Shown: positions 14,096-26,468, counted from the first letter of the stretch. The stretch is 64,000 nucleotides of DNA from Octopus vulgaris (GCA_951406725.2 OX597827.1:47926001-47990000), one strand, 5' to 3'. A program made the numbers and translations. The notes: generated by a model not told the origin, from the sequence alone.

Positions 14096-15329
14096 CGAAA
14101 TTGTGGTATTTGCCATGTTTGTATGTCTAGTGTAGGTTTCTTGAGAACACAGCTTCCGTGGTAAGGCAAGTTGACGTCTATTTTTAGCATATTAGGAATC
14201 CACATTGGTGGTCATTCCTCTTATATATGTATGCATGTATGTATATATGTATATATATTAGATATTTGGGGTGATGTATAATATAATTATTATTTACCAA
14301 GACTACTTGTTTCTCACGAGATGATTGCAAAAGTGTTAAAATATCGAAATACTGGAATATTTGCCAACAAATGACAGCACGAAATATTCTGAGTGGTGTA
14401 ATTTCGACTAGCGACTGATGAATAAACTTGTGAATGTACAGCTTAGATAATTACTTGACATACTCGGCTCTAGTCATATTATACATCAGGTGAGCCAATA
14501 TATTGTCAAAATATGTGGACAATTTGTCAGTTTCACTAATTACCAATTTCAGTAACAGTAGTGTAAATGAAATTTGTGATTATGGGATATTGTTAAGGCG
14601 TAAAAAGCACGTCAAAGTTGTGAACCTGACTTTTGTTTTAAGTAACATCATTCTAAGATTAATTGCTCTGATACTCGAATGATCGAATAAGTAAACCACA
14701 AGGCATTAACTTCCAGAAATACACTGCTGTTAGTGATAATGTGTTGGACTTTACAAGTAATCGAACAGAGAGTGTGAAAGACAGAGCAGAATATTTGATG
14801 CGCTATAAAAGAATGACTCTCTCTAGATTTGTAAATATGTGAAATGCCAAGTTGGAGATATTCCAGAACTAGTAATTTTTAAATGTGATATTTCATGCAT
14901 TCAATAACAAATGGCGGTTTTGATAATCGAAATACATTCTTCAACTGCAGGGAATGTGGACTTCACACTTAGATAAATCCCGGGTCGTAAAATTCCGGAA
15001 TTAGAAGGGGAAATTGTCAATGCGTTCAGACAGAAGGAGAAGGCTCACAATATCAGTAATTTGAGCTGATTGAGAGCTGCCTATAGTAATGCGGAAACTA
15101 CTAAATTTCGATTTTCTAGACGTGTGTGAATGTATATATACCTATATATATGATTATATAGTTAAGGCTTATTTTTATGTTTGGATATAATTTAAAAAAA
15201 AACACATTTTGTATTTATCTGAGGGGTTAATCTATATTTTTATAAGAGTACCAAATTAATTATTCTTGAATAAGAGTATTGGTGACAATGATTTCGAAAT
15301 TTCTGCCAGGTAAACCATTGCCGGATGTA

Positions 15330-15503
15330 ACACTAGCCACTACACTTTTTTCTCTGCTTGTTTTTTCTGTGTCACTTTCTGTAGAAGAGCGTAGGCTCGA
15401 AACGTAAAAGACTCTTTCTATTCCTGAGCGTTATACTAATACATCTGTTTGTTTTGTAAACCACCTGTCTTCGTCTTTTGTTTTTTTCGTAAACTCTCCC
15501 TAT
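15330..15503 (+). mobile_element. Short interspersed element (family F) with hammerhead-like motif; PLE pLTR/retrozyme-like
   Basis: CTTT-CTGTAGA-A-GAGC-GTAG-GCTC-GAAAC-GTA-AAAG at 15375-15410. The whole unit recurs at 38203-38390(-) and 61050-61225(-). Confidence 0.65.
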
Positions 15504-16899
15504 GTATATATATATGTGTGTGTGTTTGTGTGTGTGTATGTGTGTGTGTGTAAATACAAACATACATATATATGTACATAATACAAACATATACACATAC
15601 ATATATATATGAACACACACACATATACGTGTTGAAGAATGACTGACCAACCTTGCATTATTTGATAAATAATTTCTTAAAATGGTGGAGTACTGTCAGA
15701 TGGTACTCTACTTTAAAGAGAAATTATGTGAGTGACTGTTCGTGCTTGCGCGTGTGTATAGGGAAGTGCATACTCACACACACGTGCACGTATGTATGCG
15801 TATACATAGTCTTACATGCATAAATATACGAAAATCAATTTAACTAGTCGCACTGATATATATCCGTACATGATTTTTGGGGTGTTATATACACGCAAAT
15901 GTGTGCATGTAATTTCATACATATGTTCATATTCTCATTTATCATCGTCAACACACCCACGAACAATCATGCACACATATGTATCCATTCATACATGTAT
16001 CCATACATACATGTATCCATACATACATGTTTCCATGCATACACATATATATATTCGTAGGTGTGTGCGGCAATATACATATACTACAAGAAAGTTTTAT
16101 GTTAGCCTCACTTGATAGTATTTTCACATTTGATTCCCAATTCTAATAATTTTCATGATATTTTATGTCTAATTATTTCTTTGTATAATAGTGCACACTT
16201 TCTTAGTAAATATTGCTTTCATTATTTTATCACGCTCATAATCTCTCTTTTTTAAACAAGCATCACGGTAATCCAACAACAAAGGGAAAAGCAGTTTGTC
16301 AAGTGTTACCTTCTCCTGAAGGCACCATAGAGATTTCAGTTCAGTAACCCACCTGTAAGCTTTGCAGTGTGTGAGTGTGTGAGAGAGATGTGAAGAGAGA
16401 ACATTGCACACAATGAAATAAACAAACATGAAATGAAAAGATCGTATAAATGAAATGGCATTAGTACAGATGAATACGTCCTCGAATTTGTTGCCTCATA
16501 ACATCCAGACAAATGGAAACCTTTTTACAAAATTTTCTACAAATACCACTTAAATGTCGTGGCTTCAGCGAGTGGGTGGAGAGAGGATTTTCGGAAAATT
16601 TACACGATCTGAATTTTTTCCCGCATAATTTTCGGGAAAATGGGCATCTTTGAATGAAAGTTTATACAAATACCTCCCAAACAACATAGATTACGATTAT
16701 TACAAAACCTGTGAGGAAAATATTTTCGGGGATTTTCCCCATATTCTTAAAACCACTGCCTTCGAAATGATGGGGCTGGCGGGGGCGCATTTTTTGTATG
16801 AAGAATGTTTTGGAAACTTTTTTTTTACACCCAACCTCTCTCATCACCCCACTCCGGAACTATTTTGGCCAAATTTGTTTGCTCTTGAAAACCATGCGA

Positions 16900-17570
16900 A
16901 GGGCATTTTCGGTAATAAATAAAAAGAAATAGTCAACATTTTCAGAGGGAAAAGTGAGTGGTTTAAGGGCGATATGGCTGTTGTTTCTAGCACAGCCAAA
17001 GCCAACCTTCCTCCTTTCTTTATCACTCTCGCATGTATTGATGTGTTTCAATGTTTTCCCATAAATAAATTTATAAGCTATAAAAAAGAAAATTTGAGAA
17101 ATTACGTAATTTTTGCAACCCCACTGCAACCCCTGACCCCGATTGTTTCTGTTTAGAATTTAAAATATTGGAGACCCTGAGAAGGTCATTACTGGCATCT
17201 ATCCCCATTGATTTTTAAAACGTTACATAAACGACACTTCATTTTAATAGCATAATTTTCTGTTAGAAAATATTTTTTTTTCCTTATGCACACACACGGC
17301 TTTTCTTCATTGAGGTAGGGGTAAATATTTAGATTACAATTTAGTTTGTTGCATATAGCCCACCAATGGACCACGCGTTTGTTACTTCGGTATCACTATT
17401 CTATAAAATGTGTTTAATGGGAGAAAAGCATTGAAAACACATCAATACATGTGAAAGTGAAAAGGGAGGGTGGTTTGGGTTGTGCTAGAAACAAGAGGGA
17501 AACCTCCTTTCAATTGTACACCATTTCCTATGAAAATAATTGCATTTTTTTGTTACCGAAAAGGCTTCTT
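16900..17570. mobile_element. Old non-autonomous DNA-transposon-like element with ~165-bp imperfect inverted repeats
   Basis: 16900-17065 (..TTGTTTCTAGCACAGCC..CATGTATTGATGTGTTTCAATG) is inverted relative to 17413-17570 (CATTGAAAACACATCAATACATG..GGTTGTGCTAGAAACAA). Confidence 0.55.
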
Positions 17571-17860
17571 ACAACAGATAATAACCAAAATCGGTCCGGA
17601 TAATTATTATTGTAAGGCTTATAGCGTTCCAAACAACGAAATTAGTTTTTAATGTATTTTTTAATGTTTTTAATGTATTTTTACAAAAAATTTACGGGTG
17701 CTTAAAAATATTTTCATTCAATAAATAATGTTTTTACATTACATATACATTAATAGAATAAACTGTCAGTTTTCCAAATAGCTAATTGAAATTTGAAATG
17801 AAATTAGGGAAAGAGAAACAGAGAGGCTTTGCAAATGAGAATGGAATACTCCGCAGGGAA

Positions 17861-18047
17861 TGCAATGAATATTTAAATTTGTGAAGAACTGGACGCAGTG
17901 ATTGCAATGAATGTCTGAATTTTGAAGAATAGGATGCAGTGAATGCAATGAATATTTAAATTTGTGAAGAACTGGACGCAGTGATTGCAATGAATGTCTG
18001 AATTTGTGAAGAATTAGATGCAGTGAATGCAATGAATATTTAAATTT
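17861..18047. repeat. 42-bp minisatellite with alternating A/B units (about 4.5 units)
   Basis: A = TGCAATGAATATTTAAATTTGTGAAGAACTGGACGCAGTGAT; B = TGCAATGAATGTCTGAATTT(G)TGAAGAAT..GATGCAGTGAA; order ABAB plus a partial A. Confidence 0.9.
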
Positions 18048-18221
18048 TCGAGAAATTCGAGTTAAAAAACTCAATTAACTTGGAAATCAAAATTATAGGA
18101 AACTTCTTAGAACTTTAAGTTATAAAAATATTTCCAGACGGTCAGCTCTTTATTAATGGCTTTCTTTTAGTACTTTTAGTAATTGTTACATACCTAATTA
18201 GTAAGGAGCTTCATCCATTAT

Positions 18222-19461
18222 ATAAGATTGTTTCATATGAAATGCCGTATTTGAAAGGTAATAATAAAATGTTTCAAAAGTATTAGAGAACTGATTTATT
18301 TAATCAAAGTAAGATCCATGTTCATTTAAGACGTTTAACCAACGTTTTTCCAAGTTATATATTCCATCTTTAAAAAATTCTTCTTTTGCTGTGATTAACA
18401 GTCCGAATGCTTCAATTATCTCTTCTATATTGAAGAATGTTTTATTGCTTATGAAAAGCTCAGAATGCGTAAATAACTGATGATCAGTAGGAGAGTTATC
18501 AGGGGAATTGGGAGGATGCTGCAAAATCTCATAATTCAGGCTTTGCAACTTCTGGACTGTAGCTTGAGGAGTGCGAGGGCGTGCATTGTCGCGGAGCAAA
18601 ATTGGGCCATCTGTATTCACTAGCCTGGGTTGCTTCTTTTTCAAATACAATCAACTTCCTGGCAGTACGATGTTGCTGTTACCGATTTTCCTTGCTATAA
18701 AAAATGAATAATGAATAACACCCTTCGCAGACCAGCATACAGCGACCACTAACTTTTTAGGGCGCAATGGTGGGTTTGGGTAGTGTTTAGGTGACATTCC
18801 TGCATTTAATCACTGTCCTGTTCTCCTGCTGTTGTCAAAGAGTATCTATTTCTCATCACAAGTAATGATTTGATGCAAAAATTGTCTTTTCCCAGTTGGG
18901 AAAGCAATAAGGAGCACACTTCCAGGCGTCTTTTCCACTAAATCTCGCTGAATTGGTGTGGAACAAACCTATCTGTTTTTTTGATTTTCCAATTTGTAAC
19001 AGGTATCAAAAAGCGGTTGCGTATACTGTTTGGAGTTCTGATGAAAGTTTTCGGACCTTTGTTCTCAGATTTTGTTCAACCAATGCATTTAATCCATCAT
19101 GCTCAACAACTGATTTAGGCCTAACCAATGTTTTTTTTTTCAAGGCTGTCATGTCCTGAACGAGAGCTTTAGAACCATCTCTGAACAGTTCTGGTGTCAA
19201 AAAAATCATTACCAAAGGCTCGCTTGATATTCCGTTGAGCTTCTGCGAAAGAGTGACCCAGTCTGTACTCATACGAGAAATTCACTCAACATAGTTTGGT
19301 TGTTATCATTTTCATAAGATCTATGGGTATGAATTTTGTATACCAATATTGTTGGGAAAGAAAAGGAGTCAAGAATAAATGTAAGGTATACATAATAGAG
19401 TTTTTAAATGACTGAAATAGCTAATAATTAAAAATGCGACATTTCATGTGAAACAAGCTAA
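18222..19461 (-). mobile_element. Decayed mariner transposon (Hsmar1/cecropia-like), transposase pseudogene
   Basis: Imperfect TIRs TAAGATTGTTTCATATGAAATGCCGTATTT / AAATGCGACATTTCATGTGAAACAAGCTAA; ~1.24 kb. ORF 18300-18650 reads LVNTDGPILLRDNARP..YEILQHPPNSPDNSPTD..RW..GSYFD, like the Hsmar1/SETMAR C-terminus. Confidence 0.9.
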
Positions 19462-20217
19462 GAGTATGGAAGCACAGTTGAGTGCATAAATAAACACACT
19501 TCTAAATAAGCTTACAGGTATGGCTGCTGACCAATAACAAACATTGCCAATAGGTGTGTAACATTACGTTCGCCTAAATAAGGTTCTTTACGAATTTGAG
19601 ATACAAAATAATGTAATGCCTCTATACGAGAAAACACAAGCATGTACATACGTATGTGTGAGCAGATATACGCAGACATAAACACATTCATACATTGATA
19701 GGTGTTCGTGCCATTGTATTTAAATGAAAATAATAGAGCCATCGGTGTTAACGTGCGAAAGATAAGACTGGTATGTATCACTTCATCTGTTGCAGTCTGA
19801 ACGCTAAGCAGAAGACGCCAAGCAGAAGACCCTGGAGGCGGAGAGGCAAGCCGTCAACATCTGAAGTTTGTTCTGTGCAACTGCTATCTATCTGATTCAT
19901 TAAACGCTGGTGGTGGTGTTGATATTATATTATCTACCCTGCAATCTTGCTGTAAAATACCAACATCTCAAAGGCATCCTAGCCCTGATCATTCTGCATT
20001 TTGTTGAAAACATTCAAATTACGATTAGATTATCCAGTATTTGCTTCACTTTAAAATGGCTGTGCATTAATTGTTGGTGGTCCTTTTGTAATTTCAATCT
20101 AAACTCTCTAATTGATTTAAAACATACATATAGAGTTATGTTAAATCTCTGAACGAGTTATAAACAGTAGCAGTACGGAATCGTAACATATAATTGCCAA
20201 CCAAGTGTGGCGTCCTA

Positions 20218-20352
20218 TACAGGACAGTGCTACTGATGTTTATAGCTCTAGGAGGACATCTCCTCCAACTGGCTGACACAGAATGTGCGTCGTTAGCCAG
20301 CTGGAGGTGATGTCTTCCTGGGGCTATAAATATCAGTAGCACTTTCTTGTAC
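20218..20352. repeat. ~135-bp hairpin (MITE-like or structured RNA)
   Basis: GTGCTACTGATGTTTATAGCTCTAGGAGGACATCTCCTCCAACTGGCTGAC pairs with GTTAGCCAGCTGGAGGTGATGTCTTCCTGGGGCTATAAATATCAGTAGCAC; TA at both outer ends. Confidence 0.85.
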
Positions 20353-23085
20353 AGGTTTAGCTTATTTTCACACACGTTTAGCCTTGTTTCGAACAGCAAC
20401 TTTTTAATAACATCTCAGATAGTGGATTGTTGTATCGCACGTTCGGATGGCGTGCGTTTGCCAATAACGTACCTCTACTCAACTACCGAACTCTCACTTC
20501 CGACGACTCGACTTGACAGAACTCGACGTCTAGTCTACCGACGGCTCTTCGACGCTTATTTCTTTATTTGGCACCACGGCCACAACACCGAGGAGGACAC
20601 TGCATGGACAGACACAACACCACAATGGGGACATAAAACATAAAACGAATGAGAATGAAATGTTATATAAAAATGAAGAAATGAAATAGCTGCATGGGCC
20701 CCATTTCCCATGCAGTACCATTTGAACGTTTACACGCACTATTTACAATGTTCTATTTTTCTATTGTTTTTTCTTAATCATCTTTTTTTTCTTTTTTTAT
20801 ATGAAACACTTTTACTTTTTCCTTTCTTTTCTTTCAACAAAAAAATTTTACTTACTCTGTTTTTCCATTGTAATACCTGATGATGTCTTGCAAACAACTT
20901 GCACATGCAAGTGCTACCAGTTAAAAGTTCCGTATATCGGAAGCTAGTATGTGTATGGGGTCATCAGGAGAGAATGCGCGCCGTTTCGAGGCCTACCTCT
21001 CGACGGCATCAATGCGCACCTTCCCCCCTCACTGATATGAGGCCCCGCTTGCTAGATCAGCTGGTTATGAAGAACTCAATATACTTCTAGCCATCGCTCA
21101 TCGTCTCTTTTTAACCAAATCCAATGGCTAGCCTTCTCCACTGTAGATTGGATATCAGTCATGGTGGTATTGACTTTACGATGAGTTAGGCCTTCTACGA
21201 CTAGTCATCACATCCACTATTTATACGTATTGGACTAGCCTACTTGTTGTCTGGGGCCTCCACACAACAGGATAAAAACATCGTCGGTTATATAACAAAT
21301 CGAGCAATAATTTTCATTGAGACGCGGACTCAACGACCGCTTTAGTTATGCATAGTGATTTAATATTGATACTTTCATAATGTTAAATAATTCCAGGAAT
21401 TTTAATAGCGAAATAAACATTCAAATGAATAAATACGGTAGCAAAACGTTTATACACTATTGAAGTATTTCTGAAGGGTGTCATTCCACCTTTGGTCACC
21501 TAAGGTAATTGGAAATCGCTGATACTGAGGTCAATAGGGCTTCAATTTGACATGACTGCAGAAATTTTGGCTGTAATTAAGATTTTATCGAAAATTACGT
21601 TCAGTGACGGTAGTGTTCAAAGTCATTGCAACATATGAAAGTGAATGGTTTATAACGAAATATATTATCACTTATGTAGTATCTTATAGCGCACTTCGAG
21701 TATAAAACTTGCCAAATTAGTAAGGAAATCTATCTTGCTGGAGGAAAACTTACAAAGTCAATTAACGTTGGTTTGAAATGTGTTTATCAAAGCTAACTAT
21801 CGAAATATGAATAATAACTAGTCAATAGTGAATCATAAATGCATAAACCCGATGCATTTTTATGTGTTAATGTTAATATATTTCTCTAAGTGATTCATAA
21901 TTAGATAGCGAAATATATCCTTTGTTATTAACCACAGCAGTGTATGTCTATCGTAGAAAATAATAGACATGGCAATTTGATTATTCAGTTTGCTTTATGG
22001 CTATATCAATATGGGCCTTTATTCTCTGAGATGGATTTTTCTGTTGCTGGTGAGAACTAACGAACAAGTTAGAGTGTAATTTTCTATTGCAATTATTTAT
22101 TATCATTTATTATTAATATATTTAAGAAGCGTCGTATTTAGTCGATGTTATCTGAAACAATACATTGTATGCAAAAGAAATACTGGGGAAAATAAATCTC
22201 ACCATCATCCACTATGAAAATGTCCTTTTCCAATACTCTCTATGAGATTGCTTCACCTACTAAAAGCTAAATGGTTCTTCAGTTTTTATCAAAACTATAT
22301 ATATTCTAGATAGATCTAGGGTAGACACTACTGTCACGTCTGAAGTGACTGATCATAGGTTTGCTCATTCAAGCTTGACCTGTGGCTAAATAACGGCTTC
22401 AAGTGAAATATTCAAATATTAAAAGAGAAAAGTAAAAAAAAAAAAGTTTGTATATATTGATTAGTGTATTTCAGTCAATAACATTTGCAGCTCTTCCAGT
22501 CAATCCGCTACACTAATTTTATGTAAAGCTATATAATACACGGCAATTAAACGTCTCAGCGCTTAAGCTGTGTATCTTGCGATTCTCCTTCCCACTCTGA
22601 GAGGAAATCTCAAACTTTCCAAAAATATGAACACTTCTTCATTCCATCGTAAATTTATTTATTTGTTTACGTATTTATTTTAAAATTTTATATTTAACTA
22701 CTTTTGTTGGCACCAAAATGCAAGACTTGATACTGTTTACTAATAATGTGTTTCAAATAAAACTGAGAGCTATTTCCCTTAGGCGATTAACTTTCATTTC
22801 CAATTTTTTTACTGCCTGAAAGGCCACACATTCAAACACCAACAAAATTATTGCACACAGATACAGAAATATAAAAATAGAAAAGCAGAAAGATTTAGAG
22901 TTTTATCAAAATACTTCAATCGCTATGTTTATTTCAACTACCTAAAAATTTAACATTGCGCGTGACGCACACATGGCAGAACATCTATGTAGCCGCTCAG
23001 CGTGTTAGACATTGCAGGAATTTTCTCTCATAAAATCTCGCTACTGCGTTTTTTTTTCCTTTTCAATTAGGAGAACAATACTGGT

Positions 23086-23480
23086 CAATAGCCCAGTGGT
23101 TAGGGCAGCAGGCTCGCGGTCGGAGAATCGCGGTCTCGATTCCCAGACCGGTCATTGTGAGAGTTTATTGAGCGAAAACACCTAAAGATCCACGAGGCTC
23201 CGGCAGGGATTGGTGGTGAACCCTGCTGTACTCTTTCACCACAACTTTCTCTCACTCTTTCATCTGTTTCTGTTGTACCTGTATTTCAAAGGGCCAGCCA
23301 TGTCACACAGTGTGTCACGCTGATTCTCCCAGAGAACTACGTTATGGGTACACGTGTCTGTGGAGTGCTCAGCCACTTGCACGTTAATAAATGAGCTGCG
23401 ACGTCACTAATGCCAAGACTTGTGCTTCGTAGGGTAACTTTCAAGATGCAATCCCATGGTCATTCATGACCGAAGGAGGT
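23086..23480 (+). mobile_element. SINE family A followed by an alternative 3' segment
   Basis: Head and body match 166-480 up to GCACGTTAAT (23387), then diverge into GAGCTGCGACGTCAC..CATGGTCATTCATGACCGAAGGAGGTC. Confidence 0.8.
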
Positions 23481-23944
23481 CACAACTGGTCAGCGAAAAC
23501 TTGTATGTAAAGACGCAGAAAGGTTATACAACTGACAACTGGTGCTATACTTGGGCTAAACAATCACAACACTCGCTTACAACAAGGAGGCGGCAGAGGC
23601 AAAAAACTCTTAATCGTCGAAGTAAATGTCATACGGTATTTTTTGCGACTCTTTACTCTCTGGTTTCAAATCCCAACGAGAACAATTTTGCTTTTCGTCT
23701 CTTCGCGGTCGAGAGAATATGCTGGATGTCAAGGCCTGGGATTTGATCTCTTCTCAAAGCTGCTGATTTTGTAGCAAAATAAGAAGGAATTATTCCTCCC
23801 TTATCACTTATTGTTGTCGTTTTCCATATTCTGACGATGCAACTTCTTCGCTCTTTTAGAACTCAACGTATGTGCTGTATATTAGCTGACTCCATCCGTC
23901 AAATCGACGTTGCCTGAACAGCTTCACGGCGTGCAACGCACCTG

Positions 23945-24070
23945 GTGTTAGAGTGATCGCAGAGCAATGTGAGATGAAGTGTTGTGCTCACCCGGTCAAG
24001 GAGTCGAGACCACGATCTCACGATCGTGAGTGTAGCGGTGCAAAACCCTAACCACAAAACCACGCGTCCT
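23945..24070 (-). mobile_element. SINE family A' head fragment
   Basis: Reverse complement GGACGCGTGGTTTTGTGGTTAGGG..CACGATCGTGAGATCGTGGTCTCGACTCC is tRNA-like and similar to the 54452 head. Confidence 0.55.
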
Positions 24071-24087
24071 CTCCCTTTCTCTATATA

Positions 24088-24300
24088 TATTTACATTTGA
24101 CATCTTGTCTCTTGTTAGCATAAATTTCGGCTAAAACACTATCCAGCCTTCATGAGGTACCTTGGGGAAATTTCGAACTAGGGTTCTCATTCCTTAGGTA
24201 TTTTTCAATGTTGTTGTTATTATTATCATTATTATTCAAGTCACTGCCTGGAATCGAACTCGGAATCTTGGGGTTAGTAGCCCGCGTTCTTAACCGTGGG
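24088..24300 (-). mobile_element. Family E: tRNA-headed SINE-like element with hammerhead-like 3' tail
   Basis: Reverse complement GGTTAAGAACGCGGGCTACTAACCCCAAGATTCCGAGTTCGATTCCAGGCAG (anticodon arm GGG-CTACTAA-CCC; B box GAGTTCGATTCC), an (AAT)n linker, then GTAC-CTCATGA-A-GGCTG..TAGCC-GAAAT. Confidence 0.7.
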
Positions 24301-24363
24301 CAATAATGAAGTGAATTTTAGGGCTTATAAATCTAATATCTTCCTATTCTTTCTTAATACCTA

Positions 24364-24591
24364 TTTCTTTACTACCCACAAGGGGCTAAACACAGAGAGG
24401 ACAAACAAGGACAGACAAACGGATTAAGTCGATTATATCGACCCCAGTGCATAACTGGTACTTATTTAATCGACCCCGAAAGGATGAAAGGCAAAGTCGA
24501 CCTCAGCGGAATTTGAACTCAGAACGTAACGGCGGACGAAATACGGCTACGCATTTCGCCCGGCGTGCTTAACGATTCTGCCAGCTCGCCG
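24364..24591 (-). mobile_element. tRNA-derived SINE, family C (full length)
   Basis: Reverse complement begins CGGCGAGCTGGCAGAATCG (A box) and contains GAGTTCAAATTCC (B box). Recurs at 26.2k, 46.1k and 57-59k. Confidence 0.88.
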
Positions 24592-25590
24592 TTTCCCATA
24601 TGCTACTCATATCTGCACTCGGTCTGCTTAGGACGTTATTGTGTCCTAGCATAATATGTGCTGCTTCTTTTAGTTTCCGTATTTTCCAGTGGTGTTCTCT
24701 GTATGAAAAAACGGAGACCACCTCCCTGCAGGGGAGGGGGAGGTGGTCTTCGTTTTTCCATACATGATCACCTATACCGGATTTATCAATATCTCCTCGT
24801 GTCACAGCTTTGCGATGTTCGTCTACCCTTATTTTGAGGAGCAGCATGTTTCGCCTTTGTATAAACTACCACAGCTGCATGGGATAGAGTATACGCAGGT
24901 TTTGGTCATATTCTCTTCTGTTGGTGGTTTTACTCGAAGGAGATATTTGCGAAGTGCTGTATTACCACTGAATACTGTCCTGATGTCACATGGGCCGCAT
25001 ATCGTTTGTATCTTTTTGGAGAGACCTTTCACATAGAGTAGACAGACTGTGGACAGTTTATCGGTTTCATCCTCTCCTTTCTCTATAATTGGAGTCGATA
25101 TATTTTCGGAGTAGTTGTTAATTAATGGATTGTTACTGAGGTTGATCATTTCTTCGTGGTGAGTATCACGATCGCTGCTTATATTCTTTGCTAGAATTTT
25201 AAGGCACTGAGCAATCCCTCTCTTTACACTGTGTGGTTGATGTGAATTGAAGTTGAGGTATCGCCCAGTGAAGATCGGCTAGCGGTATAGAGATGTCCTG
25301 AATCCATACTCGGTCCGTACTATTAATACGTGCAGGAATGCTAGCTGCTTGTCTTTTTCCTTTTCCATTGTAAACTCTATGGATGACTTTATTGAGTTTA
25401 CGTGATCTAACAGCACTTGGACATCTTCCTGGCGGGGCCAGAGTATAAAGGTGTCATCAACATATCGCAGCAATAGGGTTGGTTTTAGTGGTGTTGGTCC
25501 TAAATGCAAATTCTCAAAATATTCCATATATATATATATACATATATATATTGGCTATTATCGGTGATAATGGCGACCCCATAGCTACAT
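24592..25590 (-). mobile_element. Penelope-like retroelement (Penelope/Poseidon type), RT + GIY-YIG pseudogene
   Basis: Minus strand: VAMGSPLSPIIAN, LRYVDDTF, FTMEKEKDKQLAFL, TGRYLNFNSHQP, CVYSIPCSCGSLYKGET, RVDEH..SGIGDH, RKLKEA. Stops, frameshifts and a (TA)n insertion are present. Confidence 0.92.
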
Positions 25591-26244
25591 AATCATACAT
25601 ACACAGATTTCAGTGCATGATATCACCCCGAATATATATCATAACACCAAGTTATATTATACTAGTTTTGAATATATATTTAGTAAACACAGTTTACGAA
25701 TTATTGTTGCAGTTCTGAATAGGGAAAATTACTAATAGATAAAATCTCTAAGTGATAAATAACATATTTGCCGGACAGAATGTCTGTATCAAATCGGGGG
25801 CGTCTCGGGTGAAATTTCGATGTATTTTACAAATTTATAAGCAATAAAAACGTTGGATAACTATCAGAAAGTTAGTTACACGAAGAAACTGAATAACTAC
25901 TCGAAGAAATTACATTTTGAGAGTAATTAAAGAGACTTGGAGACTATCATAAACTTTTAATCCGTAACACAGAACAGTTTCACAACAGGAACTTGTGGAA
26001 CAAGAATTACAGCTGCTCATAATATGGATCCTGCTAATGATCCCAAAGTGGCAAGCAGGCTGTGTAAAGTGGAAATTTGCAAATTCACATATCTGTCATC
26101 ATAATTACTCAATGAAATATTTTAATGCATTAAATGACCATTCGAAAACATATATTAAAGTGTTTAATGTTGCCCAAAGAGACAAGCAAACAATATGCCA
26201 AACAAAATGAACTGAAAATACCGGTAAACATTTCGTTCAGCGAT

Positions 26245-26468
26245 TCTTTCCTACTCCAGGCACAAAGCCCGAAATTTTTTTTTTTTTTTTTATGGGGGTC
26301 GCAGTTGATTACATCAACCCCAGTACGAAACTGGTGCTTAATTTATCGACACGGAAAAGATGAAAGGTAAAGTCGACATCGGCAGAATTTGAACTCAGAA
26401 CGTAAAGGCAGACGAAATACTGCTAGGCATTTTCCCCAGTGTGCTAACTTTACTCCCAGCTCGCTGCT
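26245..26468 (-). mobile_element. SINE family C
   Basis: GATGAAAGGTAAAGTCGACATCGGCAGAATTTGAACTCAGAACG..CCAGCTCGC. Confidence 0.8.

Noticed and set aside
17861-18047. CRISPR-like periodicity
   Set aside because: Contiguous tandem units without unique spacers, in eukaryotic DNA.
21170-21245. Possible twister-ribozyme relic on the minus strand
   Set aside because: Too degenerate; conserved pseudoknot nucleotides cannot be assigned.
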